Below, one piece after another: positions 27,775-38,555 of a stretch of 64,000 bases of DNA. This DNA is from Coleofasciculus sp. B1-GNL1-01 (GTDB taxonomy: Bacteria; Cyanobacteriota; Cyanobacteriia; Cyanobacteriales; Coleofasciculaceae). Position numbers and translations under genes: made by a program. The stretch lies in the NCBI GenBank assembly GCA_040220235.1, contig JAVJTO010000082.1; one strand, written 5' to 3'. Below the pieces are notes generated by a model. It made no database searches and had not been told where the DNA came from. It was given only the letters and a program-made list of their open reading frames with translations. Within the stretch, counting starts at the first letter, position 1. The number at the start of each line of letters is the position of its first letter.

Positions 27775-28310
27775 AATCAGCTCAGGTTCAATCGATTTAA
27801 CAGACCTTACACCTAAACAGGCAACTCGATCAGGATAGATATCCTATCCACTCTTTTCAGGGCGTGAAAGGGCTAACAAAGACATCGTTTGCAAAACTTT
27901 GCGAACATGATGATCCATCAGCCGGAAAACTTCTCCAGCTAGGGTGTTGGCTCGGTTTAGGTTATGTCTTGTTAGATACCTTCAACCTAGAATCGGCAAA
28001 ACAGTTTAAATTCATCACCCCACCTGGGTTGATGTCTCGCTCTGTTCTCCAGGTGGGACATACAAGCGTCTGCCTGATTCTGCTCAAAGCCGATCGCCCG
28101 TCTATACTGACAGCGACGGAGTAGCAAAAAAAACATGACAGACCAGAATGGACTTCTCCGTCACCTTTGGGTGAAGACGTTTTACTCTCAGCCAGATAAT
28201 ATAGAAACACGCTGCACTGGGGTGTAAGTTCTACTTAAAATAACTTCCGGTTCCAATCCAGTCCGGAAGAGTTACCCCATACAACAGTGTTAAGTTTTAT
28301 TGAGAAATTA

Positions 28311-28922
28311 TTAATCGGTCGCGGATTTCTGGTTACCAGATGCCAAGGAATTATCAGGTGATGCTGACCAAGGTTCTGGGGGACAAGCGGAGCGATCGCG
28401 CACCAACCGCAGATACTCTTTCTGATTGAACGATTCTGGGGGATGAGGAGATTCTCTTGTCTGATTTTTGGGATCACCCGACGCCTCTCGATCGCCACCG
28501 CCTCGATTCTCCGCGTTACGAAGGCGGTGGTGAATCGCCCTCAAGCGATTCTGAGTATTGATCGGTTCTCGCGGTTTGGGTAAATCTGTATTGGGCCAAT
28601 TGGATAAATCACTACAGGTACAGGACTCTGGCGGTGATCCCACGTTAAACATAGGAACAGGCATATCACAGCGGGAACAGGGTTCAAGATCCCACTTGGA
28701 TGTCAACAACTCAGAAATCGTCTGGCTAGTTCCGGTGAGATAACAATCTCCGCTTTCGGGGGAAAGCAGATATTGCCAGAGTTCCTCAAACTCTTGACTG
28801 TAGCGATCGCCAGCAATGATTCGCTGTGGTTGCAGCACCTTTTCACCATTGTGGACGACAATTGTTTTGCCAACCTGAAACCAATAGGCTAGGTAGCGTT
28901 TGACTTGTTGTTCAGATGCCAT
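28311..28922 (-). CDS. Conserved cyanobacterial hypothetical protein
   Basis: MAS.QQVK.YLAYWFQ.GK...CYL.GT.QTI.ELL...W....C.RC.MP...C.C.DL..WPN motif. Confidence 0.75.
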   Translation of the reverse strand: MASEQQVKRYLAYWFQVGKTIVVHNGEKVLQPQRIIAGDRYSQEFEELWQYLLSPESGDCYLTGTSQTISELLTSKWDLEPCSRCDMPVPMFNVGSPPESCTCSDLSNWPNTDLPKPREPINTQNRLRAIHHRLRNAENRGGGDREASGDPKNQTRESPHPPESFNQKEYLRLVRDRSACPPEPWSASPDNSLASGNQKSATD

Positions 28923-28976
28923 AGAATATATAAGACCTCAGCAGCAAAAGCTGCTTTATTGTTACCGTCTGTATTT

Positions 28977-29531
28977 CTATGGTAGCGATTCCCGCGATAG
29001 CGGTGATCCCAGGGTGCTGAGATTAAGCACATGACCACCCGTAACCAAATACACGGGATTGGCAATCATACCGAACTGACGCACGACTTGACCGAGGCGA
29101 TCGCGAAAGGTTCTGCCTAGAGGATAAGCCGGAACTACACCCCAACCCGTTTCTTCAGCAACCAGAATGATGGTGGCTGAGGTTTGGTTGGCAGTCCGCA
29201 AGAGGGTATCTGTGATATCCTGCCAAATCCCATCCTCTTGATCCAGGCAATTTGCCACCCAGGTTCCCAAGGAGTCAATTAACAGACAGTAATCCGGTTG
29301 ATCCCACTCCAGAATCGTCTCGACTAAATCTATCGGCGTCCACACCAAAGTCCACTCAGCGGGGCGTCTCTGTTGGTGCTTCTCAATCCGGGCAACCCAC
29401 TCCAAATCGTTGGGATCAACCTGTGCCGTTGCCACATAAACAACCTGCTTATCCGTCTTATCGGCTAATTGTTCTGCCCATTCACTTTTTCCAGAACGGG
29501 CTGGACCCGTGACCAGGATAAGCTGACCCAT
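28977..29531 (-). CDS. cobU: Adenosylcobinamide kinase / cobinamide-phosphate guanylyltransferase
   Basis: LVTGPARSGKSEWAE, YVATA, RI.KHQ.RRP..W, EETGWGVVP, R.FRD.LG. Confidence 0.95.
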   Translation of the reverse strand: MGQLILVTGPARSGKSEWAEQLADKTDKQVVYVATAQVDPNDLEWVARIEKHQQRRPAEWTLVWTPIDLVETILEWDQPDYCLLIDSLGTWVANCLDQEDGIWQDITDTLLRTANQTSATIILVAEETGWGVVPAYPLGRTFRDRLGQVVRQFGMIANPVYLVTGGHVLNLSTLGSPLSRESLP

Positions 29532-29727
29532 CGATAGTGTGGTTCCCGCGATCGCTTTTATATGCCGTGATCAAGTTTAATCGACGTTGGGCAAAAATTA
29601 GCGATTTGCCGAATCTCTTCCCAGATTGGGTAAAAATTGAATAGGTAGGTGGCAATGTCCCCAAACCCAACCCTAGGGACGGCATCTGCTGCAATCAGCG
29701 TGATTTTTGCCCAGTGGCATCAAAAAC

Positions 29728-30447
29728 ATGAAACCAGAACTGCAACGGATCGAAAGCACTCTATCTCAGTTAGCCCAGGATGACCAAACCCCATCCACGG
29801 CGATGGCGTCGCCAATGGACTCCACTGGGGATCAGTCTAGCGACTCCGTCAAAGGGAAAGAGCCTTCATTTTCGATTAGTGTGACGCCATTTCCGGCTCA
29901 AAAGCAGCAAAGTAAAACCCCAACACTGCCGAAACTCAAATCCGCTAGCTTCAGTGAACATCGCCATAGCGCCAATCCCGCCTTGGCAATGAATCTGCTC
30001 AAAGAAATTGAAGAGATTGTCTCGGGTTGGCAGAAGCAACTGCATACCATAGTCCGGCAAATTCAAGATATTTATATGGATGGACCAATCGTTGAGGGGT
30101 GGTTAGAATCTCATGCCCGTCAACCGGAAGCGGATCACCCAGGAGTACGCCGTGCTGAAGTGGATCGACTCATGGACTATGTAACCCAACCGTGGCATCA
30201 ATCCCAGGGCGATGCGAATGTCACCTGTGAATCCCCCCGTGCAGGGTATCGCCTTTGTGGATTAGATGCAGATGGTCAGTTTTGGGTGCGTATCTGTCCG
30301 GCGGATCAAGTGCCTAGTGTCAGTTTAGCGATCGCACGTTATCAGAAGCTACGACAACTACTGAGTCGCAAAAATGATCTGGAAACGCGCCTCAGCCAGC
30401 TTGCAGAAACCCTAGCGGTATTGCACGCTCATCTGGGTAACGACTGA
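29728..30447 (+). CDS. Conserved cyanobacterial hypothetical protein
   Basis: Long ORF with the conserved-looking IQDIY.DGPIVEGWLES and YRLCGLD..G..W...CP..Q...VSLAIARYQKL. Confidence 0.75.
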   Translation: MKPELQRIESTLSQLAQDDQTPSTAMASPMDSTGDQSSDSVKGKEPSFSISVTPFPAQKQQSKTPTLPKLKSASFSEHRHSANPALAMNLLKEIEEIVSGWQKQLHTIVRQIQDIYMDGPIVEGWLESHARQPEADHPGVRRAEVDRLMDYVTQPWHQSQGDANVTCESPRAGYRLCGLDADGQFWVRICPADQVPSVSLAIARYQKLRQLLSRKNDLETRLSQLAETLAVLHAHLGND

Positions 30448-30841
30448 ACCTTTAACTGAAAGTTGGCAGGTTAGTGAGTTAGGAAGTTATAACATTGATG
30501 GAACGTAATCGCACTTATGTGTCTGTTTCCCATCCCTTATCCCGTGCAAATTCTTTAATTGAGAATGGTACTGTAGCCTATCCCACCAGAAGAGAAACGA
30601 TCAAAACGCTAAACTATGAATTGGAGCATCTAGCCAAACGTTTGTTTAACCAGTAGAAATGGTATGGTCAAAGTGACAAAATTTCATAACCCTCTCCAGG
30701 AATCGAGGGAATGCTACGATTGGCGCTATTGATCACAGTTCCGCCTGCCCCAACTCGAACACGTTTTAAATCGTCTTCATTATCAGCGTTCAAACTACAA
30801 GTAAACCGTTCCCGTTCTCACCGATTCAATCTTTTTAAAGT

Positions 30842-31798
30842 ATGACTAGTCTTGATTCTAAAGTTCCCGTTTCGGTTCTAATTCCGGCAAAAAACGAAGA
30901 AGCTAATCTTCCGGCTTGTCTGGCTAGTGTGGCTAGAGCCGATGAAGTATTTGTAGTGGATTCCCAAAGTAGCGATCACTCTATCGAAATTGCCGAAAAA
31001 ACGGGTGCGAAAGTCGTGCAATTTTATTTCAATGGGCATTGGCCCAAAAAGAAAAACTGGAGTTTGGAAAATCTGCCCTTTCGTAATGAATGGGTGCTGA
31101 TTGTGGATTGCGATGAACGCATTCCCCCAGCGCTTTGGGATGAAATTGCTACGGCGATTAAAAATCCCAACTATGAAGGGTACTATATCAATCGCCGGGT
31201 TTATTTCTTAGGCAAGTGGATTCGCCACGGGGGAAAATATCCAGACTGGAATCTGCGCTTGTTTAAACATCAAAAAGGTCGCTATGAAAATCTGGGAACT
31301 GAAGGAATTCCCAATACAGGAGATAATGAAGTTCACGAACACGTTATCCTGCAAGGGTTAGTTGGTTATCTCAAAGCAGATATGGATCATATCGACTTTC
31401 GGGATATCTACCATTGGCTGGAACGACACAATCGCTATTCTAACTGGGAAGCCCGGGTCTACCTTAATATGCTCACGGGTCATGATGAATCAGGTACGAT
31501 TGGTGCTAATTTATTTGGGGATGCGGTACAGCGTAAGCGTTTTTTGAGAAAGGTTTGGGTGTGGCTGCCATTTAAACCCACCTTGCGGTTCATTATCTTT
31601 TACTTTATCCAATTCGGTTTTCTGGATGGTAAAGCAGGTTATATTTACGGACGCTTGTTGAGTCAATACGAATATCAAATTGGTGTCAAACTCTACGAAT
31701 TACGTAAATTTGGCGGTCATCTCAATCCAGAGGTGGAAACATCAACTGTATCATCTGCGAAATCTCCGGCTACTTCTGCGGTTTCTCCCAATTCCTAA
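30842..31798 (+). CDS. Glycosyltransferase family 2
   Basis: VSVLIPAKNEE, VVDSQSSD, DCDE (DxD), VHEH. Confidence 0.93.
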   Translation: MTSLDSKVPVSVLIPAKNEEANLPACLASVARADEVFVVDSQSSDHSIEIAEKTGAKVVQFYFNGHWPKKKNWSLENLPFRNEWVLIVDCDERIPPALWDEIATAIKNPNYEGYYINRRVYFLGKWIRHGGKYPDWNLRLFKHQKGRYENLGTEGIPNTGDNEVHEHVILQGLVGYLKADMDHIDFRDIYHWLERHNRYSNWEARVYLNMLTGHDESGTIGANLFGDAVQRKRFLRKVWVWLPFKPTLRFIIFYFIQFGFLDGKAGYIYGRLLSQYEYQIGVKLYELRKFGGHLNPEVETSTVSSAKSPATSAVSPNS

Positions 31799-31879
31799 TC
31801 GGCTGTTACATTGTTTAAATTACTGATTAATATTCGTACTATATACAATGATTTCGCCATTATTGATATTAAGGTTTAA

Positions 31880-32521
31880 ATGCCGAACAGCTTATCTATG
31901 AGCCGAGACTTAAACACCAACGTTCCAGATTTCACCGAACCTCCTGTTTTAGATGATACCCCGTTAGTTGATTTGCGAAATTATGACCAGTCCAATTTTG
32001 ACCGGGGGCGTCCAAGCTGGTTCATTTTACTCTGGTGGTTGGTGCAAGCTATTGCTTTTCCGATAAGTCCACATAATTTTAATGGCTTTCGCCGCTTTAT
32101 CCTGCGGCTATTTGGTGCCAAAATTGGTCAAGGGGTACTCATCCGCCCAACTGCTCGCTTTACCTATCCTTGGAAGGTAGAAATTGGGGACTATAGTTGG
32201 ATTGGGGATGATGTGGTTTTGTACAGCTTAGAGCAGATTCACATCGGATGCCATTGTGTAATTTCTCAAAAAAGCTATCTTTGCACCGGAAGTCATGATA
32301 TCCAAGATGCGGCTTTTAGCCTGAAAACGGCGGAAATTAGCGTTGGTAACGGAGTTTGGATTGCTACCGATTGCTTTATTGCTCCCGGTGTGCAAATTGG
32401 AGCGAATGCCGTTATTGGCACCCGCAGTAGTGTTTTTAGTAATATTCCAGCTCAACAGGTGTGTTGGGGGACACCCGCCCGCCCCCATTATCTACGGCAA
32501 ATTCGGGAATTAAATCAATAG
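31880..32521 (+). CDS. hpsU: WcaF-like polysaccharide O-acetyltransferase (HpsU-type)
   Basis: Hexapeptide repeats, LRLFGAKIG, TYPWKV.IGDYSWIGD, LCTGSHD; follows a GT2 gene. The symbol is from recall. Confidence 0.75.
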   Translation: MPNSLSMSRDLNTNVPDFTEPPVLDDTPLVDLRNYDQSNFDRGRPSWFILLWWLVQAIAFPISPHNFNGFRRFILRLFGAKIGQGVLIRPTARFTYPWKVEIGDYSWIGDDVVLYSLEQIHIGCHCVISQKSYLCTGSHDIQDAAFSLKTAEISVGNGVWIATDCFIAPGVQIGANAVIGTRSSVFSNIPAQQVCWGTPARPHYLRQIRELNQ

Positions 32522-32620
32522 GCACAACAAAAGTTAATGGTATAGCTCGGCGGAACGATGAATAATCAACAAATGACAAATGACAAATTACGCTCCCCAC
32601 CTACTTAGTTGGAGGAAACC

Positions 32621-33265
32621 ATGCAAGTGCAACTCAGGCAAATAATTCTTCCCCCCGGTCAACAACTGCTAATGACCGATGTCAGTTGGCAAATGTATGA
32701 ACAACTGCTAGAGGAGTTCGGTGAACAAAGGGGTTCACGGATTAATTACAGTCAAGGACTCTTGGAAATTATGGTACCTTTACCCGAACATGAAGATGAT
32801 AAAGTAATGATTGCCGACTTTGTAAAGGTACTTCTGGAAGAACTAGACATAGAGTTTAGAAGCTTGGGTTCAACAACATTTAAAAGTGAAACCATGCAAC
32901 AAGGGATAGAAGCGGATGATTGCTTCTATATTGAAAATGAAGCAGCCGTTCGTGGAAAAAAACGCATCGATTTAAGCGTAGATCCGCCGCCCGATTTAGC
33001 CCTGGAAATTGATCTGACCTCCCGCACTCGATTTAATAACTACGAAGCATTAGGAGTAGGGGAACTGTGGCGGTTTAACGGGACGAAATTAGAAATCAAC
33101 ATGCTGCAAGACGGTGAATACATCCAGGTCAGCGAAAGTCCTCATTTTCCCGGATTTTATTTGGGTGAAGCACTCCCTGACTATTTAGAACGGAGTAAAA
33201 TTGAGGGGCGAAATCAAACGATGAAACTTTTTCGGGCTTGGGTGAGACAGCGAAAAGAAAACTAA
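32621..33265 (+). CDS. Uma2-family (PD-(D/E)xK) endonuclease
   Basis: VSWQ.YE.LL, LEIM.P.PEHE, LGSTTF, EAD.CFYI, PPPDLALEID, Y.ALGV.ELWR; GGAGG RBS. Confidence 0.92.
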   Translation: MQVQLRQIILPPGQQLLMTDVSWQMYEQLLEEFGEQRGSRINYSQGLLEIMVPLPEHEDDKVMIADFVKVLLEELDIEFRSLGSTTFKSETMQQGIEADDCFYIENEAAVRGKKRIDLSVDPPPDLALEIDLTSRTRFNNYEALGVGELWRFNGTKLEINMLQDGEYIQVSESPHFPGFYLGEALPDYLERSKIEGRNQTMKLFRAWVRQRKEN

Positions 33266-33284
33266 ATTAGACCGAAAAATTAGA

Positions 33285-34565
33285 TTATCTATCCGACCAA
33301 CTTTCCTCAATCTTATTCAAAACACTATCCACATCTTCTCCACCCACATAATCTACAATACCTGTCCAAAATGTACCTGTTCCCACGGCTCCTGGCATCA
33401 TATCTGAACCATCAAAACGCACAACTTTTGCATTAGATAAAATCTCAACTTGTCGTTTTGTCACCTCATCTGGATACGCATCTAAACTCACCTGTTGATG
33501 CGGAGAGAGATAACCACCAATACCTGCCAAGATTTCATGAGGCTTTGATGTTGCTAAATATTCCATTAACTTTTGCGCCTCTGGAGTATCGTTAAACATG
33601 GCAACGATTTCTCCTGAGACTAACACAGGGGTATCAATATCTTGATTAATCGTAGGGAATGGAAAAACATCAACATCTTTACCCATCACCACATTATCGG
33701 GGAAAAACGATGTAATAAAGCTGCCCTGATGATGCATATAGCAACTGGGTGATTGTTCAAAAAGACCCTTCGGTGAGTCTCCAAATGGGGTACTCAGTAC
33801 ACCCGTTGTACCCCCAAGGACATATTTAGGGTTAAGGGCAATTGTGCCAAATTTTTCAAAAGCTGCCTCAACAGTGGGATGATTGAAGGGGATTTCATGA
33901 GTAATCCATTGATCATAAACCTCTGCCCCAGCCTGATGCAGCATGATATCTTCTACCCAATCTGTCCCCACCCAACCTGTAGCACTACCATTTTCCATAC
34001 CGATACACCAAGGAACACCGCCATCGGCTACAATTTTGTCTGATAATGCGATCATTTCATCCCATGTTGTCGGAACTTCATAGCCCTTGGCTGTAAAGGC
34101 GGTTGGGTTATACCAAACTAAGCTTTTGACAAATGCCCGATACCAGATACCATAGATTTGGTCATCAACGCTAGCTAGATTCAACCAATCCTGAGCATAA
34201 GCATCAGATAGCTGCGTCATATCCATAAAGGAATCAATCGCCACCAGCTTTCCTTCGCGGGCAAAGTCAGCCATCAAACCCGGTTGGGGAAACATGGCAA
34301 TATCCGGCGCATTACCTGAATCAACCCGCACGGGTAATAGAGTAGCAAACTCACTTGTGCCTTCGTAAACTACCTTAATTCCTGTTTCTTCAGTAAATGG
34401 TGCTAGAGCTTTTTTAAGTTCCTCCTCACCCTTGCCTGTAACGACTCCCATAATGGTCACGGTATTGCTTTGAGCAGACTCATTTTGAGCCGGACTACAA
34501 GCGGCTAAAAGTATTGGTAAGCTCAATAGTAAAGTCAGTGTTTGACCAACTTTTGCTCTCAACAT
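33285..34565 (-). CDS. Sugar ABC transporter substrate-binding lipoprotein (AglE/GgtB-like)
   Basis: Lipobox LAAC, PDIAMFPQPG, KSLVWYNP, GW.GTDWVED, RFDGSDMMPGAVG.G.FW. Confidence 0.88.
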   Translation of the reverse strand: MLRAKVGQTLTLLLSLPILLAACSPAQNESAQSNTVTIMGVVTGKGEEELKKALAPFTEETGIKVVYEGTSEFATLLPVRVDSGNAPDIAMFPQPGLMADFAREGKLVAIDSFMDMTQLSDAYAQDWLNLASVDDQIYGIWYRAFVKSLVWYNPTAFTAKGYEVPTTWDEMIALSDKIVADGGVPWCIGMENGSATGWVGTDWVEDIMLHQAGAEVYDQWITHEIPFNHPTVEAAFEKFGTIALNPKYVLGGTTGVLSTPFGDSPKGLFEQSPSCYMHHQGSFITSFFPDNVVMGKDVDVFPFPTINQDIDTPVLVSGEIVAMFNDTPEAQKLMEYLATSKPHEILAGIGGYLSPHQQVSLDAYPDEVTKRQVEILSNAKVVRFDGSDMMPGAVGTGTFWTGIVDYVGGEDVDSVLNKIEESWSDR

Positions 34566-34794
34566 TTCTATTTTCTACCAAAGGGGAATAAACTGAATCT
34601 AATGATGCACCCCACTGGTTTACTTTTAACAATTAGTATTCGTATCGATGCTGAAAAAATCAACATCAATATCTGGTATCATAGCTTTTCCAAGATAACC
34701 TTGATTTTGGCGATCGGCAATAGCTGATGACTGATAAATTTTAAATAATGAATTATGAATTTCCTTTTCTCTGTTCTTGGTTCTCTGTTCCCTG

Positions 34795-35439
34795 CTACGG
34801 AGATAAACGTTGTATCATCCAGCTACCCTCTTCTGTGCGTTGATAGAGCAATCGATCATGTAACCGACTTGGACGCCCCTGCCAAAACTCCATGGCGACA
34901 GGAATTAACCGAAATCCTCCCCAGTAAGGTGGACGGGGTATGGTTTTAGTCTCATACTCTTTTTTAAGCTGTTGTAATCGTTGCTCCAGTACCTCGCGGC
35001 TGTCAATCACCTGACTTTGCTCAGATGCCCAAGCCCCCAGTTGAGAGTCTTGGGGACGGCTATGAAAATAAGCATCTGACTCCTCAGCCGACACCTGTTC
35101 AATCTGTCCCTCAATCCGCACTTGTCGTTCTAGCTGAGTCCACCAAAAGGCGATCGCACCCCAAGGATTTGCGAGTAACTGTTGTCCCTTGCGACTTTTG
35201 TAGTTGGTATAGAAGACAAACCCCCGCTCATCGTATCCTTTCAGCAGTACCATCCGTGCTGACGGTTTTCCATCGGGTGTTGCTGTTGCCAGAGTCATCG
35301 CATTCGGTTCTGGTAATTTTGCCGCGATCGCTTGGTCAAACCATAAGGTAAATTGCTCGAATGGATTCGGATGAGCATCTTTTTTATTTAACTGCTGTAG
35401 GCTATACTCTTGCCGCAAATCGGCGATGCTTTTACTCAT
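34795..35439 (-). CDS. pdxH: Pyridoxamine 5'-phosphate oxidase
   Basis: [47 protein letters not shown]. Confidence 0.97.
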   Translation of the reverse strand: MSKSIADLRQEYSLQQLNKKDAHPNPFEQFTLWFDQAIAAKLPEPNAMTLATATPDGKPSARMVLLKGYDERGFVFYTNYKSRKGQQLLANPWGAIAFWWTQLERQVRIEGQIEQVSAEESDAYFHSRPQDSQLGAWASEQSQVIDSREVLEQRLQQLKKEYETKTIPRPPYWGGFRLIPVAMEFWQGRPSRLHDRLLYQRTEEGSWMIQRLSP

Positions 35440-35522
35440 TTTTTCAATTTTTGCTCCAGACAAAAGGTTTTAGCATCTATTGCTAAAATTATCAAGACAC
35501 TGTAGACTCAAAGGCTAGCCGA

Positions 35523-35885
35523 ATGCGACAACTAAATTTTCTGCTCATCTTTGCTGTATGTTTAGCGTTGGTTCTATTTAGCTTGCAAAACACTCAACCC
35601 GCGTCGATTCAAATCATTGAAGGTGTTGATGTTGAGGCTCCTCTAGCGCTAGAGCTGATTATCGCCATGGGACTTGGTTCTGTATTGGCATGGCTTTTTA
35701 GTGTTTGGGCGCAGCTACAGCGACAGCTAGAGTCCTGGAAAGCCGCTCGTCAGATCCGAGCGAAAGAGGAACGCATTGAAGAATTAGAACAAGACATGGA
35801 ACGCTACAAGGCAGAAGTTGAAGAACACCAATTACCCGCACTATCGGCATCTGAAACGGTAACAGAAGGTACCATCGTTGAGTAA
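35523..35885 (+). CDS. LapA (DUF1049)-family membrane protein
   Basis: LVLFSLQN...PLALELI...G TM pair plus coiled coil. Confidence 0.8.
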   Translation: MRQLNFLLIFAVCLALVLFSLQNTQPASIQIIEGVDVEAPLALELIIAMGLGSVLAWLFSVWAQLQRQLESWKAARQIRAKEERIEELEQDMERYKAEVEEHQLPALSASETVTEGTIVE

Positions 35886-35933
35886 AGGTGAATAGATTTT
35901 GGGGAAATGTGAGAGTGTTGAATGTTTAGTCAA

Positions 35934-36023
35934 CTCCCCCTGCTCCCCCTGCTTCCCCTGCTCCCCCTGCTCCCCCTGCTTCCCCTGCTCCCCCTGCTTC
36001 CCCTGCTTCCTCTGCTTCCCCTA
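35934..36023. repeat. 9-bp tandem repeat ctYcccctg x10
   Basis: Read directly; lies just upstream of the scpA ATG. Confidence 0.9.
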
Positions 36024-36029
36024 TCTCTG

Positions 36030-36830
36030 ATGAGACAAACACCTGCTACCGAAGCGATCGCGCTATTAATTGACCTAGCCCAACGGGGAGAAATCAATCC
36101 CTGGGATGTTCAGGTGATTGAAGTGATTGATCGCTATCTCAGTAGCCTCCCTTGGGGGAATGATGCTCAACTCAATCCCCGTGACACCGATTTGTCCCAA
36201 TCCGGACAAGCTTTTTTATGGGCGTCAATGCTTGTCTTACTCAAAGCAGAAACGCTACAACGTTTAGAGGAACCCGAAGAACCCGAATTCAGCGACATCG
36301 AAGCGGACATCGAACCCACGAATGAACCGCGCTTACCCTTATATTTGGAACGCCATATCCGTCGTCGCACGGCTGCACCCCCTCCAAAAAAACGCCCCGT
36401 TACCCTAAACGAGTTGATCGAGCAATTGCAGCAAATGGCAGATCAACTCGAAGCCACCCCCACACCCATTCGTTCCACCCGCCGACAATCTCTATCACGA
36501 GGACAAGCAGCACAAGCTATCACCCAGCTAGCTCACGATGAAAATCTCACCGACATTGCTAAACGCTTAGAACAGTTTATTTCCGGTCATTGGCATGAAA
36601 TAGCTGCCGGAAAAGATTGGCTGAATCTAGAGCAATTGCTAGAGTGGTGGACGGTATCACCAACAGTATCGACGAATGACAATCGCCCAAGGGCTGTTGA
36701 TACCACTAAACCCCTAGTCAGCGATCGAGTCGGTGTGTTTTGGGCGCTGCTCCTGTTATCGGCTCAGTCTAAGGTGGAATTATCCCAAGAGGAATTCTAC
36801 CAAGACTTAAAAATCCGGACGCTGGGGTAA
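36030..36830 (+). CDS. scpA: Segregation and condensation protein A (kleisin)
   Basis: LIDLAQRGEINPWDV.VIEVIDRYL, FLWASMLVLLKA, VGVFWALLLL...KVEL.QEEFY.DL. Confidence 0.92.
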   Translation: MRQTPATEAIALLIDLAQRGEINPWDVQVIEVIDRYLSSLPWGNDAQLNPRDTDLSQSGQAFLWASMLVLLKAETLQRLEEPEEPEFSDIEADIEPTNEPRLPLYLERHIRRRTAAPPPKKRPVTLNELIEQLQQMADQLEATPTPIRSTRRQSLSRGQAAQAITQLAHDENLTDIAKRLEQFISGHWHEIAAGKDWLNLEQLLEWWTVSPTVSTNDNRPRAVDTTKPLVSDRVGVFWALLLLSAQSKVELSQEEFYQDLKIRTLG

Positions 36831-37213
36831 ATCAATCAGGGGTGTTATCTGGGATTCCGATTGGCAGCTTAATCGGCTGTTCAATACGTGACAGAATGCA
36901 CCAATACCAGTCGAACGAACCGCATCTTGCCGTTTTGCTTCCTGGCTTCAGGCAAGAGCATTCAGATACTTATGTATACGGTATGTAGCCTCCTACATAC
37001 TTACCTAGGTCAGTGGTGTGTATTGATTGATTAGGTATCGGTAGTCACTCAAACTTTTGTGAATCTACCCCTTTGTCACCTGATCTCTGTCATTTTTCCC
37101 GGTATATAGGATGAGTCTTGACAACGGTTCGACGTCCTTAAGGGCAACCACTGAGCATCAGACTCAATTGACCAACTTGAACATTTGTGGCATAGCTTGA
37201 GGAAGATAAATTT

Positions 37214-38380
37214 ATGAAAGCCATGATTCTGGCAGCCGGTAAGGGGACTCGGGTTCGCCCCATTACCTACACCATTCCCAAACCATTGATTCCCATCCTG
37301 CAAAAACCTGTAATGGAGTTTTTATTAGAACTTCTAAGGCAGCATGGTTTTGAGCAAGTTGTGGTTAACGTCTCTCACTTAGCTCATGAAATTGAAGGCT
37401 ACTTCCGGGATGGTCAACGATTTGGTGTCGAAATTACCTATTCATTTGAAGGTCGAATTATCGATGGTCAACTGGTGGGAGAAGCCCTGGGTTCTGCAGG
37501 TGGCATGCGTAAGATCCAAGACTTTTATCCCTTTTTTGACGACACCTTTGTTGTCCTTTGCGGGGATGCTCTGATTGATCTGGATCTGTCTGCTGCTGTC
37601 AAGTGGCATAAAGAAAAAGGCTCTGTAGCTACGATTGTGACTAAACCCGTGCCGCGAGAGCGAGTCTCTAGCTATGGTGTGGTGGTGACTGACGAAAGCG
37701 GTCGGATTAAAACGTTCCAGGAAAAACCCTCGGTAGAAGAAGCTCTCAGCACCAATATCAATACGGGCATTTATATTTTTGAACCCGAAGTCTTAGATTA
37801 TATTCCATCTGGTCAGGAATATGACATCGGTGGCGATTTATTTCCCAAATTAGTGGAAATGGATGCGCCCTTTTATGCCGTATCGATGGATTTCCAGTGG
37901 GTTGACATTGGCAAAGTGCCCGACTATTGGCATGCAGTTCGGGGTGTTTTGACGGGAGACATCAAAAATGTCTCGATTCCCGGTAAACAAGTTGCTCCCG
38001 GTGTTTACACTGGATTAAATGTGGCGGTCAATTGGGACAAAGTGGATATCAAAGGACCGGTTTACATTGGTGGCATGACCCATATTGAAGATGGTGCGAA
38101 AATTATTGGTCCATCGATGATTGGTCCGAATTGCTGGATCTGTAAAGGCGCAACGGTTGATAACAGCGTTATTTTTGAATATTCCCGCTTGGGTGCAGGC
38201 GTTCGCTTAGTCGATAAGCTGGTTTTTGGACGTTACTGCGTTGATAAGACGGGTGCAACAATTGACGTGCAAGCGGCTGCCCTCGATTGGCTGATTACGG
38301 ATACCCGCCAGACACCTCCATCCCAAGATCCCGAAGAAAAGCAAGCGATTGACGAAATTCTTCTGGGTCAAAATGGTTAG
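37214..38380 (+). CDS. cugP: Sugar-1-phosphate nucleotidyltransferase (cyanobacterial UDP-glucose pyrophosphorylase CugP type)
   Basis: MKAMILAAGKGTRVRPITYTIPKPLIPILQKP, FQEKP, INTGIYIFEP, C-terminal left-handed beta-helix. Confidence 0.85.
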   Translation: MKAMILAAGKGTRVRPITYTIPKPLIPILQKPVMEFLLELLRQHGFEQVVVNVSHLAHEIEGYFRDGQRFGVEITYSFEGRIIDGQLVGEALGSAGGMRKIQDFYPFFDDTFVVLCGDALIDLDLSAAVKWHKEKGSVATIVTKPVPRERVSSYGVVVTDESGRIKTFQEKPSVEEALSTNINTGIYIFEPEVLDYIPSGQEYDIGGDLFPKLVEMDAPFYAVSMDFQWVDIGKVPDYWHAVRGVLTGDIKNVSIPGKQVAPGVYTGLNVAVNWDKVDIKGPVYIGGMTHIEDGAKIIGPSMIGPNCWICKGATVDNSVIFEYSRLGAGVRLVDKLVFGRYCVDKTGATIDVQAAALDWLITDTRQTPPSQDPEEKQAIDEILLGQNG

Positions 38381-38395
38381 TCCATAACCTCTGAG

Positions 38396-38435
38396 TTGCT
38401 CACCCAACCATCCCTGTTGCTGGTTGGGTGGGCAA
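38396..38435. terminator. Stem-loop downstream of cugP
   Basis: ttgctcacccaacca...tggttgggtgggcaa between convergent genes. Confidence 0.55.
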
Positions 38436-38481
38436 TTCCACCGTATTTAGTCGGCTGAATAAGTATTGTGGTGGGGTAAGG

Positions 38482-38544
38482 GAGCTGGGGAAGCTGGGGA
38501 AGCTGGGGGAGCTGGGGAAGCTGGGGGAGCTGGGGGAGCTGGGG
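38482..38544. repeat. 9-bp tandem repeat Ragctgggg x7
   Basis: Read directly from the sequence. Confidence 0.9.
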
Positions 38545-38555
38545 GCAACTTCTCG

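Noticed and set aside
27864..28498. Short ORFs between the cyclase and the 28311 gene
   Set aside because: Mutually overlapping, with no motifs or RBS support.
35922..36029. (LPL)10 N-terminal extension of ScpA in the ORF track
   Set aside because: It is an intergenic 9-bp tandem repeat that happens to be in frame; ScpA homology begins at the ATG at 36030.
38482..38544. Tandem arrays (also 35934-36023, 41580-41617) as possible CRISPR
   Set aside because: Contiguous 7-9-bp units without spacers; no cas genes.
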